NCBI GenBank assembly: GCA_028534125.1
Contig: CM052816.1
Span: 20,090,001-20,154,000 of the forward strand
Length of the DNA: 64,000 nucleotides
Direction of reading: 5' to 3'
From: Lama glama
Taxonomy: Eukaryota
The first letter of the stretch is position 1; each line of letters begins with the position of its first letter. The position numbers and the translations under genes were made by a program. Below, one piece after another: positions 40,191 through 53,446 of the stretch. Under the pieces are notes generated by a model. The model searched no databases. It was not told where the DNA came from and saw only the letters and a list, made by a program, of their open reading frames with translations.

Positions 40191-41899
40191 TATTTTGACA
40201 CTGGTCACCCATTCCAGTATTAAAAACAAAAGAAAAATCTTTTCTTCCCTGGATGTTGTACATTGTTCTGCTTGAAGGGTGGAAAGGAACTTAGGACCTG
40301 GAAGAAAACCTAATCCAAACTGGACTAAGCAAAAAGGTAGTTTTTCTTTCAAGATAGCAAAAAAGCACAGGGATTAGTCAGAGACAGGGCCCTATCCCAG
40401 AACAAGATGTCCTCAGGACCTGGTTTCTGTCTCTGTTTTGTGAGCTGGCTTCATTTTTAGGGAAAGTCTCTATTTCAGTAGCCCCAGGCAGTCTGACAGG
40501 ATCTCATTGGTCCACCACTGTAGCCAGGGAGTGCAGTGCTCTGATTGGTCAGCTCTGCCAGAGGGTCACCCCAAGGATGCCCTGAAGTCAGGGATGAAGT
40601 CAGCTCCATGAAAGCTTGTGGACTGAGAGGAGAAAGAAAAAGGTCATTCTCCTAAAGGAAAACTGTTAGATTTGACTTGGATTTCTTAGCTTGAATTTTC
40701 AAGAGTGGACCTGATTGGCTGGTCTTGGGTCAGGTGCCCACCCCCAACTCAATCAGCTGTGGCAGATGGAGTGGAGGCTGGGCTGGCTGTGGCGCTGGTG
40801 GTAGTGTGGTTAGCCTGGTAGGACAGGCTGCCTCTGCTCAGCATTTCTCTCAGCGCTGTGGTGGGGAGGGGTCCGCACTAGGGCCTGAGGGTGTCCGTGT
40901 CCTACCTGATTCCTTCAGTTTTCTGAGTGCTTACTTGTATGTGTTAAACTCACAACAACCCTCTGAAGTTGAAGCTGAGAGGTTAGGCCTGTTGCCCAGG
41001 GTCACACAGCCAGTAAGTGACTGAAAGGGCACTCAGGTAATTCATCTGAAAGTGGCACCTAGGGGAGCCCCAGAAGGGACCTGGAGCAGGTGGGGGATGG
41101 GGAACTCTCCCCAGGCTGAAGGCCCTGAGAGGGGGGTTGACAGAGAGGTGCTGGAGGAGGCAGAGCACCTTGGACATTTGGTCCAAGTGTCATACCTGGG
41201 CTTCAGTGACCCAGGGCAGACATCTACTTCTAGCTCATGTGAGGCTTCTGAAGCTGTGTCTTTTTCAAGAGCCATTTGGTCCTGCCTGTTTCCCTGAGGT
41301 CCTGTCCTGCCTTCCTGAGGTCCTGTCCTCCCAAACTCTGCCTCATTGCACTGGTAGGTGATTCAGTGGCTTTCCCTGCCGGAACCTCTCCAGGAGTGGG
41401 CGGGGATCTTTATGTGGGGGTGGGGACGGCCAGGTTGGGGAGCCCTGAGTCCCCAATCAGTCATGGGGCAGGTCATGAGCCTGGGGAGAGTTCTAGCATT
41501 GGTCCTCTACTCTCCAGGACCTCAAGGGGCCCACGGGGTCTCCCTCACACTTTCAATCAGATCTGAGCCCCTATAGGTGTCAGGACACCTTGTCCACACC
41601 CCCTCTCCCCCGTAAGTAAGTTCCGTTCTTTCTCAACACTTCGCGCCCGCTGAAAACACCAGTTGCCACTTTCCCATTGAAGCTGCCACTTCCTTCCAGT
41701 AACCTGTCCTGATTGCCTTTTCACATACTCCAGTTGCCTGCCTGCTCCTTTAATTTGTGCCACAGCTGGTTGTGAGCGAGTGTCCTGATTCTACAGGCTG
41801 GCGCCTCCTCCAAGGAGCCCTAGACGCCTCCAGCCTTGGAGAACGTTTGTTGGCTGAAGGCGAGGGATGTGCAGAACCTCATCCAGCCACGAATTCGTT

Positions 41900-43760
41900 A
41901 ATTCTGCAAGTCTCCTAGGGGTGGGCCGCATAGGCCTAGCGAGGCAACGCCGCAGGCTTTAACCGAGCCCAGCGAGGAGGCAGGTCCCTACTGAATGTGG
42001 GTTTCTGGAGGAGCCCTCGGCTGGTCCGCGCGCCGTGCGACCCAGCAGAGGACGTTCTTGCAAAACACAAGTTTACTTTTTTCACTTTTCAAATGCTTGA
42101 AAATGGCGGCTAGCAGCTTCGCTACAGGGGATAACTGCTCTTCTTGAGTGCGCACAGGGGTTTTCTCGGCACTTCAGTCTCTGCCACCGCAGGGATCTGA
42201 GAGCCTGGCGCGGCAAGAGGGAAGGTCGAAGGCACCGGAAACACTGTGTCGGGAGCCGGGAGTCAAGAGCCGAGTCAGGAGCCAAGGAAGAACGGTCGTG
42301 GACGCTCCTCTGTATCCCAGCCGCTTCAGGCGCCCATTTCCCCAGCCCAGGCTGTGACACGCCACAGGGGCTCAGAGCCCTATTTAACACCCTGCGCGGG
42401 CTTTCCTGGGGGCGATCACCCCGTCCACCCAGGCCAGGCCTTGGTCCAGGGACACCCGCCACACCAACTCCCGGGGGGAAGGGTACTGTCTTTCAGGCCC
42501 GAGACCGAGCAGGAGGCCCAGGACCCCGCGTGTCTTCTAATAGAGTTGGGGACCTCGGCCACCGCTCAGCCAACCGGAAGACCCCTCCCTCCTCAAATGC
42601 TTCAACCAGGCGGGATTTCCAGCAAGGACTGCCCGCGCGGGTGGCGACACGCGTGTCCCTGCGCACGCACACAATTGTGCGCACGTCAGCTCCACGCCAT
42701 CCCGCCGCTCCGTGCCAAGGCGCACGCAGCCTTCACGCGTGTGCGCACACGCCCGTGGGCACACGCGTCCGCCGCGGGGACTGAGGGGTCCATAAAGGTC
42801 TACGCGCGGCTCAGGAAAGGGAAGGGGACCCGGGCCGGGCCGGGCCAGGCGGGGCGGGGCCGGGCCGGGTCGGGGCGGTGTCCCGGGAGGGCCCAAGGGG
42901 CGGAGCTCGCCGGGCCGGGCGCGCTGGTTCGGGGCGGGTCTGCGCCGCCGCCGTCCGCGCCGCCCCGCCCTCGGCCCAGCCACTCACTCCGTTCCTCACG
43001 CTGCAGCCCCCGCCGTAGCTGCCGCGGAGCCCACTGCCACCGCTTCTGAGGTAAGCGCGGCGGAGAGGGGCCCGGGTTCTGCTTGCGCCTCCGGCCGTCG
43101 GCCGGGCCCCTGGAGAGTAGAAGGAAGGAGATGGGGCGGGGAGCGGACGAGGGCTAGGGGCCCAGGGCCGGGTCGGGGCTGGGAACCGGAGCGGCCCGCG
43201 CGGGCCTGGCAGGTCAGCGGCAAGCAGAGCAGGCCTCGCGGGGCGGGCGGGTGGCGAGCGGATCTGGGCCGGGGAGCAGGAGGCCGGACATCCGGAGGCG
43301 CCTGCAGCTGGGGACAAGAGCGCGGGGACCTGCGGGCGGAAGGGCACGGGCCGCCGCGTGGAGGCCGGGCCGGCTGCAGGTCTAGGTGACCTTCCCCAGA
43401 GGCGCCCTCTGGCCCTCGATCCCGCCAGCGTGGGTCGGGCAGGGACCCGCCCGCCACTTAATTCTCGTGGGGCCAACCTCACGGACCTGCGCGGGCCATG
43501 CTGTCGCCGCAGGCATGAGCTCGTGTGACGACCGTGGCCCAGCGCTCCCAGCCCTGCACGCCCAGGCCAGTCCACGCCCGCAGAAGCTGGCGCCCCCAGC
43601 ACCGTCCGCGAGTGCCAGCGCCTTCCAGGCGGAACGGGAGGCTGACAGTCGACTTAGGCCGCAAGAGCTGGAGCTGGGGCTGAGGCCGGGGCTGGGCCCT
43701 GGGCAGGAGGTTAGGCCTTGGAAAATGAGGTCCCGTCGGGAGTGATGTGGCCCCCTTGGC
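41900..43760 (+). promoter_or_regulatory. VDAC1: VDAC1 CpG-island promoter (TATA-less, GC boxes, NRF1-like palindromes)
   Basis: Very high GC and CpG; multiple GGGGCGG/CCGCCCC at 42850-42970; TGCGCAC repeats at 42660-42750; surrounds exon 1. Confidence 0.9.
42980..43050 (+). other. VDAC1: VDAC1 exon 1 (non-coding 5' UTR; start approximate)
   Basis: Strong donor GAG|GTAAGC at 43050/43051 just downstream of the GC-box cluster; fits the known non-coding first exon of VDAC1. Confidence 0.8.
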
Positions 43761-46700
43761 CGTAGGAGGGATTCCTTCCTGGTTCGGTCACTCATTCATT
43801 CACCAAATGCAGTGGTGCAGTCTCGAAACTGGTTCCTAGACCTTTGGATATGAGGCCCGCAGCCCTAGTTACTTGTCCAAGGTCACACAGCTGGAATGAT
43901 ACCAAGCCTCAGTTTTTTCATCTGTAGAATGGGAGCAATTATATCTTGGGTTTTTGGGAAGAATCAAATGAGGTGATTAACTTCAGATGTTCAGAACAAT
44001 GCCTGACAGGGAGAAGGCTTCAGTAGAAATGCTGACACTTACCCTTGAGGCTTTTTGGAAGGATCTAGACCATCCCTTGAAGACTACTCCACATGGTATT
44101 CTGGAAAGGGTTCAATAAAGGTGGCCCCTGTTATTTTAGATATTATTAAGCATTTATGTGCCAGACATTGAGTAACTTTCAGGATAATTCATGAAAAAGA
44201 TTTAAGTTTACAGACAGAGAAGGTCAGGCTGGAGCAGGAAGCTGAAGTGGGTGCAGACCTGGGCTAAGCCTAGGCCTTTCCTCCCGGACCAGCCTCCCTT
44301 CTGCAGAGGAGATACGGAAATGAGCTCCTCCTTTGCCTAATATACTGTTGGCAAGGCCAGGGCAGATGACCCAGGGCCTGCCTTCTTTCCACCCCAGCTT
44401 TGGAATGAGTTCCTGCAGGGTCATGCTTAAGCCCAGCTTTGTTTTTCAGTGCCTGGGGTGTTGCCACCTGGCACACAGTAGGTGCTTAAGAAGGGTCTGT
44501 TGGGATGCATGTATTCTTGCTTTTTATCCAAGAGTTGACTCACTCTCATTGACATAAGGATAGTTTTTGCCATTCCAGCATGTGGCTTATAGTAAATGCT
44601 CATTAAGTAATTGTGGGATTGTTGAATGGCCACATGTAATGGCAAGCAGCCATATATAATCCATAGTCCCTTAATCCTGGACATCCTTTTTGAGGGACAC
44701 ATGTCTCATTTCCAGAGAATAGGCTTGCCTTGCAGATAGTCACAAGTAATTAAAGAGCTGCAACGGTGCGTACAGCCCTCTTGCTGGTCCACCAGGCCCT
44801 AATTTGAAATAACTGCTTTAAACATGTTATCCTCATTCTGTGACTTTCCAAGTCCTTTGGGAAACTTGTTGAACTGTTGTTTCAGTGCTCATAGGGGAGG
44901 GTGACATGGGTGAATGGGATTCTCCTGAAGACCTTGGGCCTTTAGTGCCTTTTCCCTCTCTGATGGTGAGTGGGTCAGTGGCTTCTAGTGCAGTTGTTTT
45001 GAATAAAGTGCTTGACACTGGGGATGGTGGGTGGGTGCTGCTTTCAGTTGATTAGTTTATTTCTGCTGTTCTATAGGCAGGGGCTGTTTGTAGACAGAGG
45101 GCCTTAGGGGAACCGTATAGTAAGTTGCCTGTGGGCCTCTGGTCCCACTGGACCCCAGGCAGATATGGATAACCACCTCCAAGCTGGTGGTTGTGGGGGA
45201 CATTCACCCCCTCTTTACTGGTAAGATGCTCCCAAAGTCCACTTTGCCCCAGCTGAGATTTCTCAAGGTGTGACGTTTTTGGTGGTAGTGAGAGAGAGGC
45301 ACGTGTGGCTGAGAGCCAGCCCAAGCCTGCAGGTAGCCCCTCAAGCTGCTCTGGGTAGCCTTGGGCTCCCATCTGGTTGCCACTGAAGAGAAGTGATCAG
45401 GGGGCTCCTCAGCTGGACCTGGGCACAAAGGTCTGTTTCACTGCTTGCTCTCAGAGGGTTCAGGGTGACTGGGAGTCATAGCCCTTCACCCAGAGCTGTG
45501 CTGGAAAGAGCCCTGCAGGGCAGACTCAGCTTATACAGCTCAGCTCTGACATGAGCCACAGGGTCTAGTACAGGTCAAGTTACTTTCTTGTCCCTCAGTT
45601 TCTCCACTATAGGAGTGTGACCATCATCATCACAGTCATTCTTTATTGCGGGCCTGCTTAGCACCCTCTTGGGGACTTGACATATCTTGTGTGATGTTGA
45701 ATCCATCATCCTACAAGCTTTGGGAGAGAGGTACTATTGTTTCCATTTCATGGGTCAGGAGGCTTGAGCACAGAGAAATGAAATAACCACCCCAAGGTTA
45801 CACAGCTCAGGAGGTGGGGAGTGGAAGTGGGATTCAGGGCCTGGTCTGGCTACCTCCAGTGCTCATGCTTTCACACTGCAGTTACCGCTGCAAAGCCACT
45901 GCAAGGAGCTTATAGATGTGAGCGTCCTTTGAAAAGTAGAATTTGCTTTTCAGAGGAGAAGTGTTATTCTTTTACACTGATCGGAGTGACAGTGTGCATG
46001 GTTGGGTGTAGGCTAGCTGTCAGTGGACAGTGGTTAGTGAAGTCACTCTGTTTGTTGCAAGGACAGTGGCACAGGATGTTTATCAGAAGAAGGGTCAATT
46101 TTCCCTGGATGAGGTGGGAGGCATTCTTTAGGACCTGGCTGGACAATATTCAGCTAAACAATACCTCATTATAGTTGGGAAGACTCTGGACCCGGTGGTT
46201 CCGGGTGACCTTTTGGCAACCTACACAACAGGTATAATTTTAATAAGAAATGTATGAAGTGAAAACCTGTAATAAATACTATCTGTGCTTGTTGAATGTT
46301 TACTGGGTCCCAGCCACTGTACTGTCTTTATGCTAACAGTCTAGTTCAGTCCTCACAATGATGCTGAGTCAGGTACTCTCTCTCTGTATTGGAGCGGAAG
46401 GAAAATGAGGTGCAAATAGGTTGTGACTTGCCCAAGATCAAATAACGAGAGAGTGGTGGAGTAGGGTTGGAACTCAGGTCTGCTTGACTTCAGAGTCTTC
46501 CTGCTCAGGCACTGTCAGTTTTACCCCAACTAGGTCAAGCCAGGCAGTGAGGCTCCAGGGAACTTGAGGTGCCTAAGGCCAGGCAGAAAAGCCTTAGGTG
46601 TGCCTGGGACTCAGGCCGTGGCATGCTGCCTGACAGCCTAGGTCTTCTCCTCTGGATGGGTGGGTGTGTGGGCAGGGTGTCCCCAAGTCAGCCACATTCT

Positions 46701-47191
46701 CTTGAGGCTTGTAGAAGGCTGTGCCAGTGGTGGCCCAGTTCCAAGGGTGTTTTAAAATAGAAGCATCGCCTGGAAAGCCAGGCTGCCCTGTGTGAGACGC
46801 TCATGGAAGGGGGGAGGGAGGACAGCTGCACTGGGAGTGCAGACCTACCAGAGCAGGGGTATTGGCTTTGCCAGCATTCTGGAGACCCAACCAGGGGCTG
46901 TTCCCCTGGGCTGCCTCTTCCTGGTGAGGAAGTGTGGGGTGGGGGTGTGTAGGGAGGTTCTTGATGGTGTTGACCTCACATACTGGCTTTCAGAAAGCTC
47001 TCGCCTCCTACTGGGGAAGTTGCTTTTTGTGGTCCCCAGAGTTAGGAAGAGTTGCTTTTGCTGTAATCCCTGGCTGGCCTGATGCTTCTCTAATAGGCTG
47101 GCCCATTTCTGCCCTGACAGACTGCCTAGAATGATGTTAGAAATAGAGCCAAAGGCTTTCCTACAATTCTCCCTTCCTAAGGGGAACCCAG

Positions 47192-47220
47192 GATGGTGAT
47201 GGTGATGGTGATGGTGATGA
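47192..47220. repeat. (GATGGT)n microsatellite
   Basis: gatggtgatggtgatggtgatggtgatga read directly. Confidence 0.9.
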
Positions 47221-47599
47221 TTTTGTGGGTCGGGGTCCTTGAAGGAATCAGATGCACACTCACATGGGGTAGTCAAAGAAAGCATAGTGAAGGGATCATT
47301 TGCAAAGGTGTGGGCAGAGTGTGGGGAACTGACAAGGGTTGGGCCCCGGGGTTCATTGGCAGTAGCTCTAGCCTTGGGTAGAGGAAAGTCATCACTGCCC
47401 ATCCGAGGCCCAGGAGGGCGGGAGCCTGGGGGACGAATGCCGCAACTTCACTCTCCCCTCTTCTGCTCGTGCCTCCTGTTGGCTGAGCCCAACCCATAGC
47501 CCACTGACAACAGTCTATAATGATCTGCTCTAGGGGCATAGAGCAGGATGGAGGAGGAAGGTAGATCTGGAGGGGCAAGCAAAGAATATCCATAATGAT

Positions 47600-47830
47600 G
47601 GGTTGTATTTATACTACCATTTATTGAGTGCTCACTGTGTGCTCTATCTGTGTACCTCACTTAATCCTTGCAACAATGGCAGTAGAAAAGGCAGTCATTA
47701 GCCCCATGTTACAGATGAGCAAAATGAGATTCTGGGAGTCTAAGTGGCTTGTCCAAAGTCACACAGCTAGCAAAGGCTGGCATTGGCTAGAACCTCTGCC
47801 AGGCTTGCAGCCCCTTCCTTAGTCACTGTG
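47600..47830. mobile_element. MIR SINE
   Basis: catttattgagtgctcactgtgtgc...ccccatgttacagatgagcaaaatgag...aagtcacacagctag. Confidence 0.8.
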
Positions 47831-49579
47831 CCCTGCTGCCAGGGCGTTCGGATGGGCAGAGAAATGCCATGGCAGGGTGGCTCTTGTTGTTGAGGTCCTA
47901 GCCCTGTTATCCCTTTGCCCTTGAAAATGTTGTCTCTCAACCCATTGGGTGCTACGTGTGTTCAGAAGACTTTTCCTCAGCTGTTCCTGACCGAGCCCTG
48001 GGGCCCCATGGCCACCCTGCTGTCTGTATCAACCATTGTAGTGGTTATTATCTCTCTGGGGGCACCAAGGCTCCCCTGCCTGGATCATTTTGAGGGAGCT
48101 TCTGCAGAGAAAAGAGCAAACTTCAAGGCGGGGATTCTGGTGGGCGCTTGGTGCAGGGAGCCAGCCCACTCGTCTCAGTGGCATCTGAGGGCTGCCCTGC
48201 CTGTGAGTTAGGCAATGGAAAGGCTGAGAGGGAGGGAAGGAGGCTTTTGAACAAGTGATTCAAGCTATTCTCATGCATACTGAAGTTATGCCTTCTGGGC
48301 AGGGTGGCCAAAGCCACTGATGTCACCTAAGGGGTAGAATGTACTCCCCACAGGCCTTACCTTTAACCCTACCACCTCAGTGTGGTTTGAATCTGTCCTT
48401 GGAACCAGTATAGACACCTTCTAGATAACTTTTCCTTCTGGCACCTCTGCTGCAGGAGCCTTTTGGAACATGACTTGTGGCATTGTGAATGCAGTGGGGC
48501 TCAATTTCAGTTATGTTTTAAAATTTTCTGTTCTTAGAAAATTATCAAATGCATAGGCAACTTAAATGATTAACTAGAATCAAAAAAGGAAAATCCTGTT
48601 TTGACTTTACTCCTTCTCTAAACCTCCTTTCCTTTCCAGAAGCAGCTCCAAGACAGCCACAGTTTTCCGAGTAGCTCGTATCCTTTCCTTGCACTTGCTT
48701 TTCCATCCATTACACAAATGCGTGGACAAATAAAGATGCATATGTGAAAAGATTTTCCTCCAGTTACATGGAATTACACATTTTCTGTGACTTTTTTTTT
48801 CATTGAACTATATCACAGGTAGCTTTCCATGCCACCATATAGAAATCCATCAGTCTTTTTGATTGCCACACAGTACTCTTTAGTTTGCAAGTAACTTAGT
48901 TTTTATGTATTCGTTTCCCTATTGATGGACATTTAGGTTGCTCCTGGGTTTTGTGTTATGGATAACCCTACAGTGAGCATCCTTGTGTATGCATCTTTAG
49001 GTGTCTTGGGTATCATTGTGGGTGGGTTCCTAACAATAGAATTGCCACTAGAGTTAATACATGTCCACTTAGGCACTGCCCAGCAGTGGGCTTCTCAGGG
49101 GCTGTACTGTACATAGTACTGCTGCTTGGAGTGAATGGGAGCAACTGTTCCACACCAGCAGTAGGTATTCTCATTTACATTTTTGTGAATCTGTTGGTTG
49201 AGTGAGCTTCCCAAACACGGATGTGTCAGTCTCTCTAATGTAACTCCCTAAGGCCCCTAGAATAAAGTCCATATTTGGCTTGGAGGTCAGAAGTGGCCAT
49301 GCTGGCTTCTGAAGACGCTAGGTCTCAACGTGAGTTCAGCTCTCCTAAGGCCAATGTGGGGGTGAGGCATGTTAGTTGTGGGTCTTACCCACATCCCTGG
49401 TGCTGCTGCCTCTTGGCTTTGGTGTAGAGGGAGCTCCTGCCTACTGGTTACATTGTTATTTACTTAGTCCCTATTGTCAGATACTGTTTCTTTTTTTCCC
49501 TACTCTAAAAATACTTTGATGCTCACTGCGAATTTACTCATTAAACAAACATGTATATTGAATACCTACTATGTGCCAG

Positions 49580-50048
49580 TGTTACGGCAATGACAGGCCA
49601 GTCAAGAAACAAGCACCACTCGGAGGGTTGGAGTACTACCCAGATGTATTACGCTGGCGGGCTCAGAGGGGCTTCTGCTCCGAAGCTCTGAGCACCTCCA
49701 AGACGTGCGCATGAGGTTTTATAGGGTAAGGTACAAGCTTGGGGTATTCGGCCAATAGGCATGGAACAGCTTTAGCAGTATTATCATCACAAAAATGGAG
49801 GCGGGGAGGCAGCAAATCAACATTCCAAAGCCAGATATGTATCTTTGAAAACCCAGCTGGCTGGCAAAAAATCAGGAACAGCAAACCAACTCTAATTAAC
49901 TTAGATTTACAAGTTAGTCCAGCAGAATTCAGATCAGTATTCCAATACTTAGATTTGTGAGTTATCTTGTTAGACCAGCCCAGCCTCTCCTTCACATTCC
50001 TAGACTTGTGAGTTATCTTAGTTAGACCAGCCCGGCTTTTCCTTCACA
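49580..50048 (-). mobile_element. Solo ERV LTR (ERV1/gammaretroviral-like), antisense in VDAC1 intron 1
   Basis: TG...CA termini; 4-bp TSD CCAG at 49576-49579 and 50049-50052; minus-strand TATAAAA at 49717-49723; CCAAT at 49752-49756; internal direct repeats; interrupts an L2-type atgtgccag|gc motif. Confidence 0.85.
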
Positions 50049-50689
50049 CCAGGCCTTGGCATCTTTGTACACATAGTCTTGCCCATATTTTGGCTAAATT
50101 TATACATGACAGGCTCTGGGATGCTTTGAATTCCAGGGTGTGATTGGGGGGTGGGTGTGCATTTGTAGTAGTGGGGCACCAGGAACAGAGCAGCTGTTGC
50201 TGCCGTGCAGCTGATGAGTCAAGGAGGATATGTCTCCCCAAGATGGAGATTATGTAAGTTTTACGCAGACTGTGCTGGGCGATATACTATCTTTCCCCTC
50301 TGAGCTTCCAGAATGGGCTGGATTTTCATTCCTCAGCTGGAGTGGAGCTTGCATAATCTGTTCAAGGTCAGCCAGGGAACGGCTGGGTAGGTAGGCTGGC
50401 AGGCAGTAGAGGGGAAGCAGCGGTGACTTGCTGGTCCTTCTCAAAGTCATCAGTGACTGTAGCAGGTCTGCTCAGCCTGACCCTGCCTGTTCTTTACTTG
50501 CCACTTATCCATGGGAGCTGTGCACCCAAGATCTGCCTTGAAGCCATTACCTCGGTGGAGGCCTGGGGCTCCGCCTTCTCCAGGCATCCTTCTGATTTCC
50601 AGGGCGGGCTGCTCGCCCATGTCAGAACACCCCACTTCATGCTCAGCCTCTAGAAGGTGGGCTGCTGCTGCTTTTTTTTTTCCTTCTTT

Positions 50690-51170
50690 TTGAGGTAACA
50701 TTGGTTTATAATATTCTATAAGTTTCATGTATCCAACCTTATATTTCTACTTCTGTGTCCCCTACAGCATGCTCACCACCAAAAATTTAGTTTCCACCCA
50801 TCACCATACAGCTGATCCCTTTACCAGTTCATTCCCCCACCCCACCCGATATTCCACATACGAGTGAAATCATAGGGTGTTTGTATTCTCTGTCTGACTT
50901 ATTTCATTTAGCATAATACCCTCAAGGTCATTCATTGATTGCAGTTAGGTTGCTTCCATTTCTTGGCTATTGTAAATAATACTGCAGTGAGCATGGGGGT
51001 GCGAGTGTTTTTGTGAATTAGTGCTTTTCATATTCTTTGAATATCCAGAAGTGGAATTGCTGGATCATATGGTAGTTCTGTTCTTAATTTATTGAGGAAT
51101 CTCTGTACTATTTTTGTAGTGGCTGCAACAGTTACATTCTCACCAGCGGTGCATGAGTGTTCCCTTTTCT
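50690..51170 (-). mobile_element. L1 3' region fragment
   Basis: tctgtctgacttatttcatttagcataatacc...cagaagtggaattgctggatcatatggtagttct; minus strand gives LRTELPYDPAIPLL, an L1 ORF2 C-terminal motif. Confidence 0.9.
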
Positions 51171-53446
51171 GAAGGCACTTAGGGTGGATGCTGCAGAGAC
51201 AGATGGGGAGCAATTTGGAGCTGATCTGGGAGAGGGGAAGGCTAAGGCCAGAGTTCAGCCTCCAAGTAAGTGCAGGCAGGATGTTAAGTGAGAATACAGG
51301 ATGCTGAATTCTCTTCCCTCTAGTGCTGGCCTGAGAAAACATGAATGGACATCATTATTTCTACTATAAAATTGTTTCTGAAATGAGTGCTGAGAACTGT
51401 GTTGGATGCTGTTTGCAGTTGTAAGAAAGTCAAGCTTCTCAGAGAGGCAGAGCTGCCTCAGTCCTGTCAGGTAAGTGAGGCAGGAGACAGAAGGTGGGGA
51501 ATGAGGAAGGCTACATGAGAAGCAAAGGGGAAACTATAACCACACAGTCACTGGGGGCCTTTGGCGAAGGGGGAGTCAGCCTCTTGCCCGCCTTGGTGGG
51601 TGTTACCTCAGATCCAGGACTGGATTTGCCTCCACTCAGCCAGTGGTTCCTGTGCATCTTCCCTGCCAGGTGCTGTGCTGGGGCTGCGAGGAGAGCCTGG
51701 CCTTGTGTGAGCTCCCCCTGCCATCCCACCTCTCTTGTCCTTGGCTGGTAATCTTCTTACTGGCCACTTTAGGGTGATGTTTGCTGTGGGTGGAGTGTTT
51801 TTTTGACAGGTGGCTTTGCATTTTGATTTTGGGGGTTAGGGATAAGAGGGGGCATTTGGGGAACATTAAATGATGCGTGTTCTGCCTTTTTTCCTGAGGG
51901 GATGGACCAGTCCAGATATGAAAGCAGTGTGTGTCTGCTGAGGCGGGTCCTGGAGCCTGGGGAGGATATTTGGGAGGGCTCTGGCTCCTGAGGTGCCGGA
52001 GGTCTTAGCTGACCCAGAGATGTTGCCACTGGACTGCTCCGACCTGGCTGGGGCTGAGTTTGTGGCCCAGCTGGGTAGGGGGCAGCCCTGAAGAGGGGTT
52101 GGTGGTCCACTGAAACCTGTTAACTCTGATGGGGGTGGAGAATCTTCTCGGCCCTCTGCACGTTTCTTTGGGGCTGTATTATACCAGCCTTCGATCCAGG
52201 GTGGTTTCATTGCTTCTCCTGGAAGGGGCTAGCCCCATCTGTGGCGGGGGCATCTGCCTAAGGTGGGGGTATTTCTGGAGGACCTGGTAGATGGTGTCCT
52301 GGTCTGTCCCTGGGGTGAGTGTGCCTATGGGGTTCATTTTTGGTGGAAGGGGAGCAAGTTGGGAGAGGGGAGTCCCCAGACTTGAAAGAGCCAGTGGGAG
52401 CAGCCTAGTGGGTCTTCCCCCACGTTCCTTGTGCCCTGATCCTCATGTGGACTGAGTTGCCCATGGTTCCAGCCTGATCATGTGTGAGACATAACAGCAA
52501 CAAAAATAGGATAGTGTGGACAGCTTACTGGGCTGCTCCTCTCTGCCCTGATACAAAAGGGAGTTGGGACAGAATTAGCAAAACCCCTGAAAAAAGTGAA
52601 GTAGGACCTGGACCACAGTTTGATAATTTAAAATTGTGGAAGTTTATTTATTTATCTATTTATTACATTATACTCTTTGGTTCTGTGGGCTCCCTGCAGT
52701 GTCTTTGAAGGTGAGGCTTTGGTCAGGAATGCAGCTTCCAATTGTGATATTGTTCCCCTGGGATCACTTGGAACACTTTTAGTGGGTTCCCACATACCAG
52801 GAACATGCCATATGGGTGTTCATTTGTGTAAGTACATATATATGTGACTTTGGTTGGGGTAGATGCAAATTAAGTTTGGTAATTTAGGTATACTGTATTT
52901 AAAATGGCTGGAACCATCCTTGGTAAGTTAGTTGAATTTCTGGCCCATTGAGGCTAACAATTTGGGAGCTTGAGAAGATGCACAAGATGGTGCTTTATCA
53001 TGTTCCCCTCTCCTCCTGGATGGAGCACAGAGTGTGTGCTGTCCAGATTAGGAGTTTAATTCTGTGTACATGAGGTGTCAGTGCAGAGCCTCTCAGAGAT
53101 GCAGTGTGGTTATCAGGGCAAGGACTATTTGAAGTACTTGCCTCCCTTGAACACTGTGGTATTTAATAAATACTTGTTGACTGACTTAATGATATGCACC
53201 AATCCCAAGTAGTACTCCTATAGTTTTAAAAATACAGTTACTTTGGAGCTCAATAAATGTTTGTTTGAATTAAATTGGGGGGGGTCATTGCATTTCCTTC
53301 CATATGAAGAGTTGCCTAGTTAGTTAGGTTTTACTGTTTTCTCTGTGAGGAATGTGATGATACTCTAAAAGTGGGTTCCCATAAAATGCAAAAGTTTTGT
53401 GAAGGGTTGGGTCCATTCTGACACATAGTAGATACTCCATAAATAT

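Noticed and set aside
41293..41330. Short direct repeats here (cctgaggtcctgtcct x2) and at 23343-23373 and 1068-1091
   Set aside because: Two- or three-copy slippage duplications with no spacers; not CRISPR-like and no evident function.
42246..43795. Long ORFs (267, 263 and 153 aa) over the VDAC1 promoter
   Set aside because: Stop-codon depletion in the CpG island; they cross the exon 1 donor and resemble no known protein.
46845..47402. 185-aa minus-strand ORF with a poly-His tract
   Set aside because: The His run is the antisense reading of the (GATGGT)n microsatellite; the rest has no homology I recognise.
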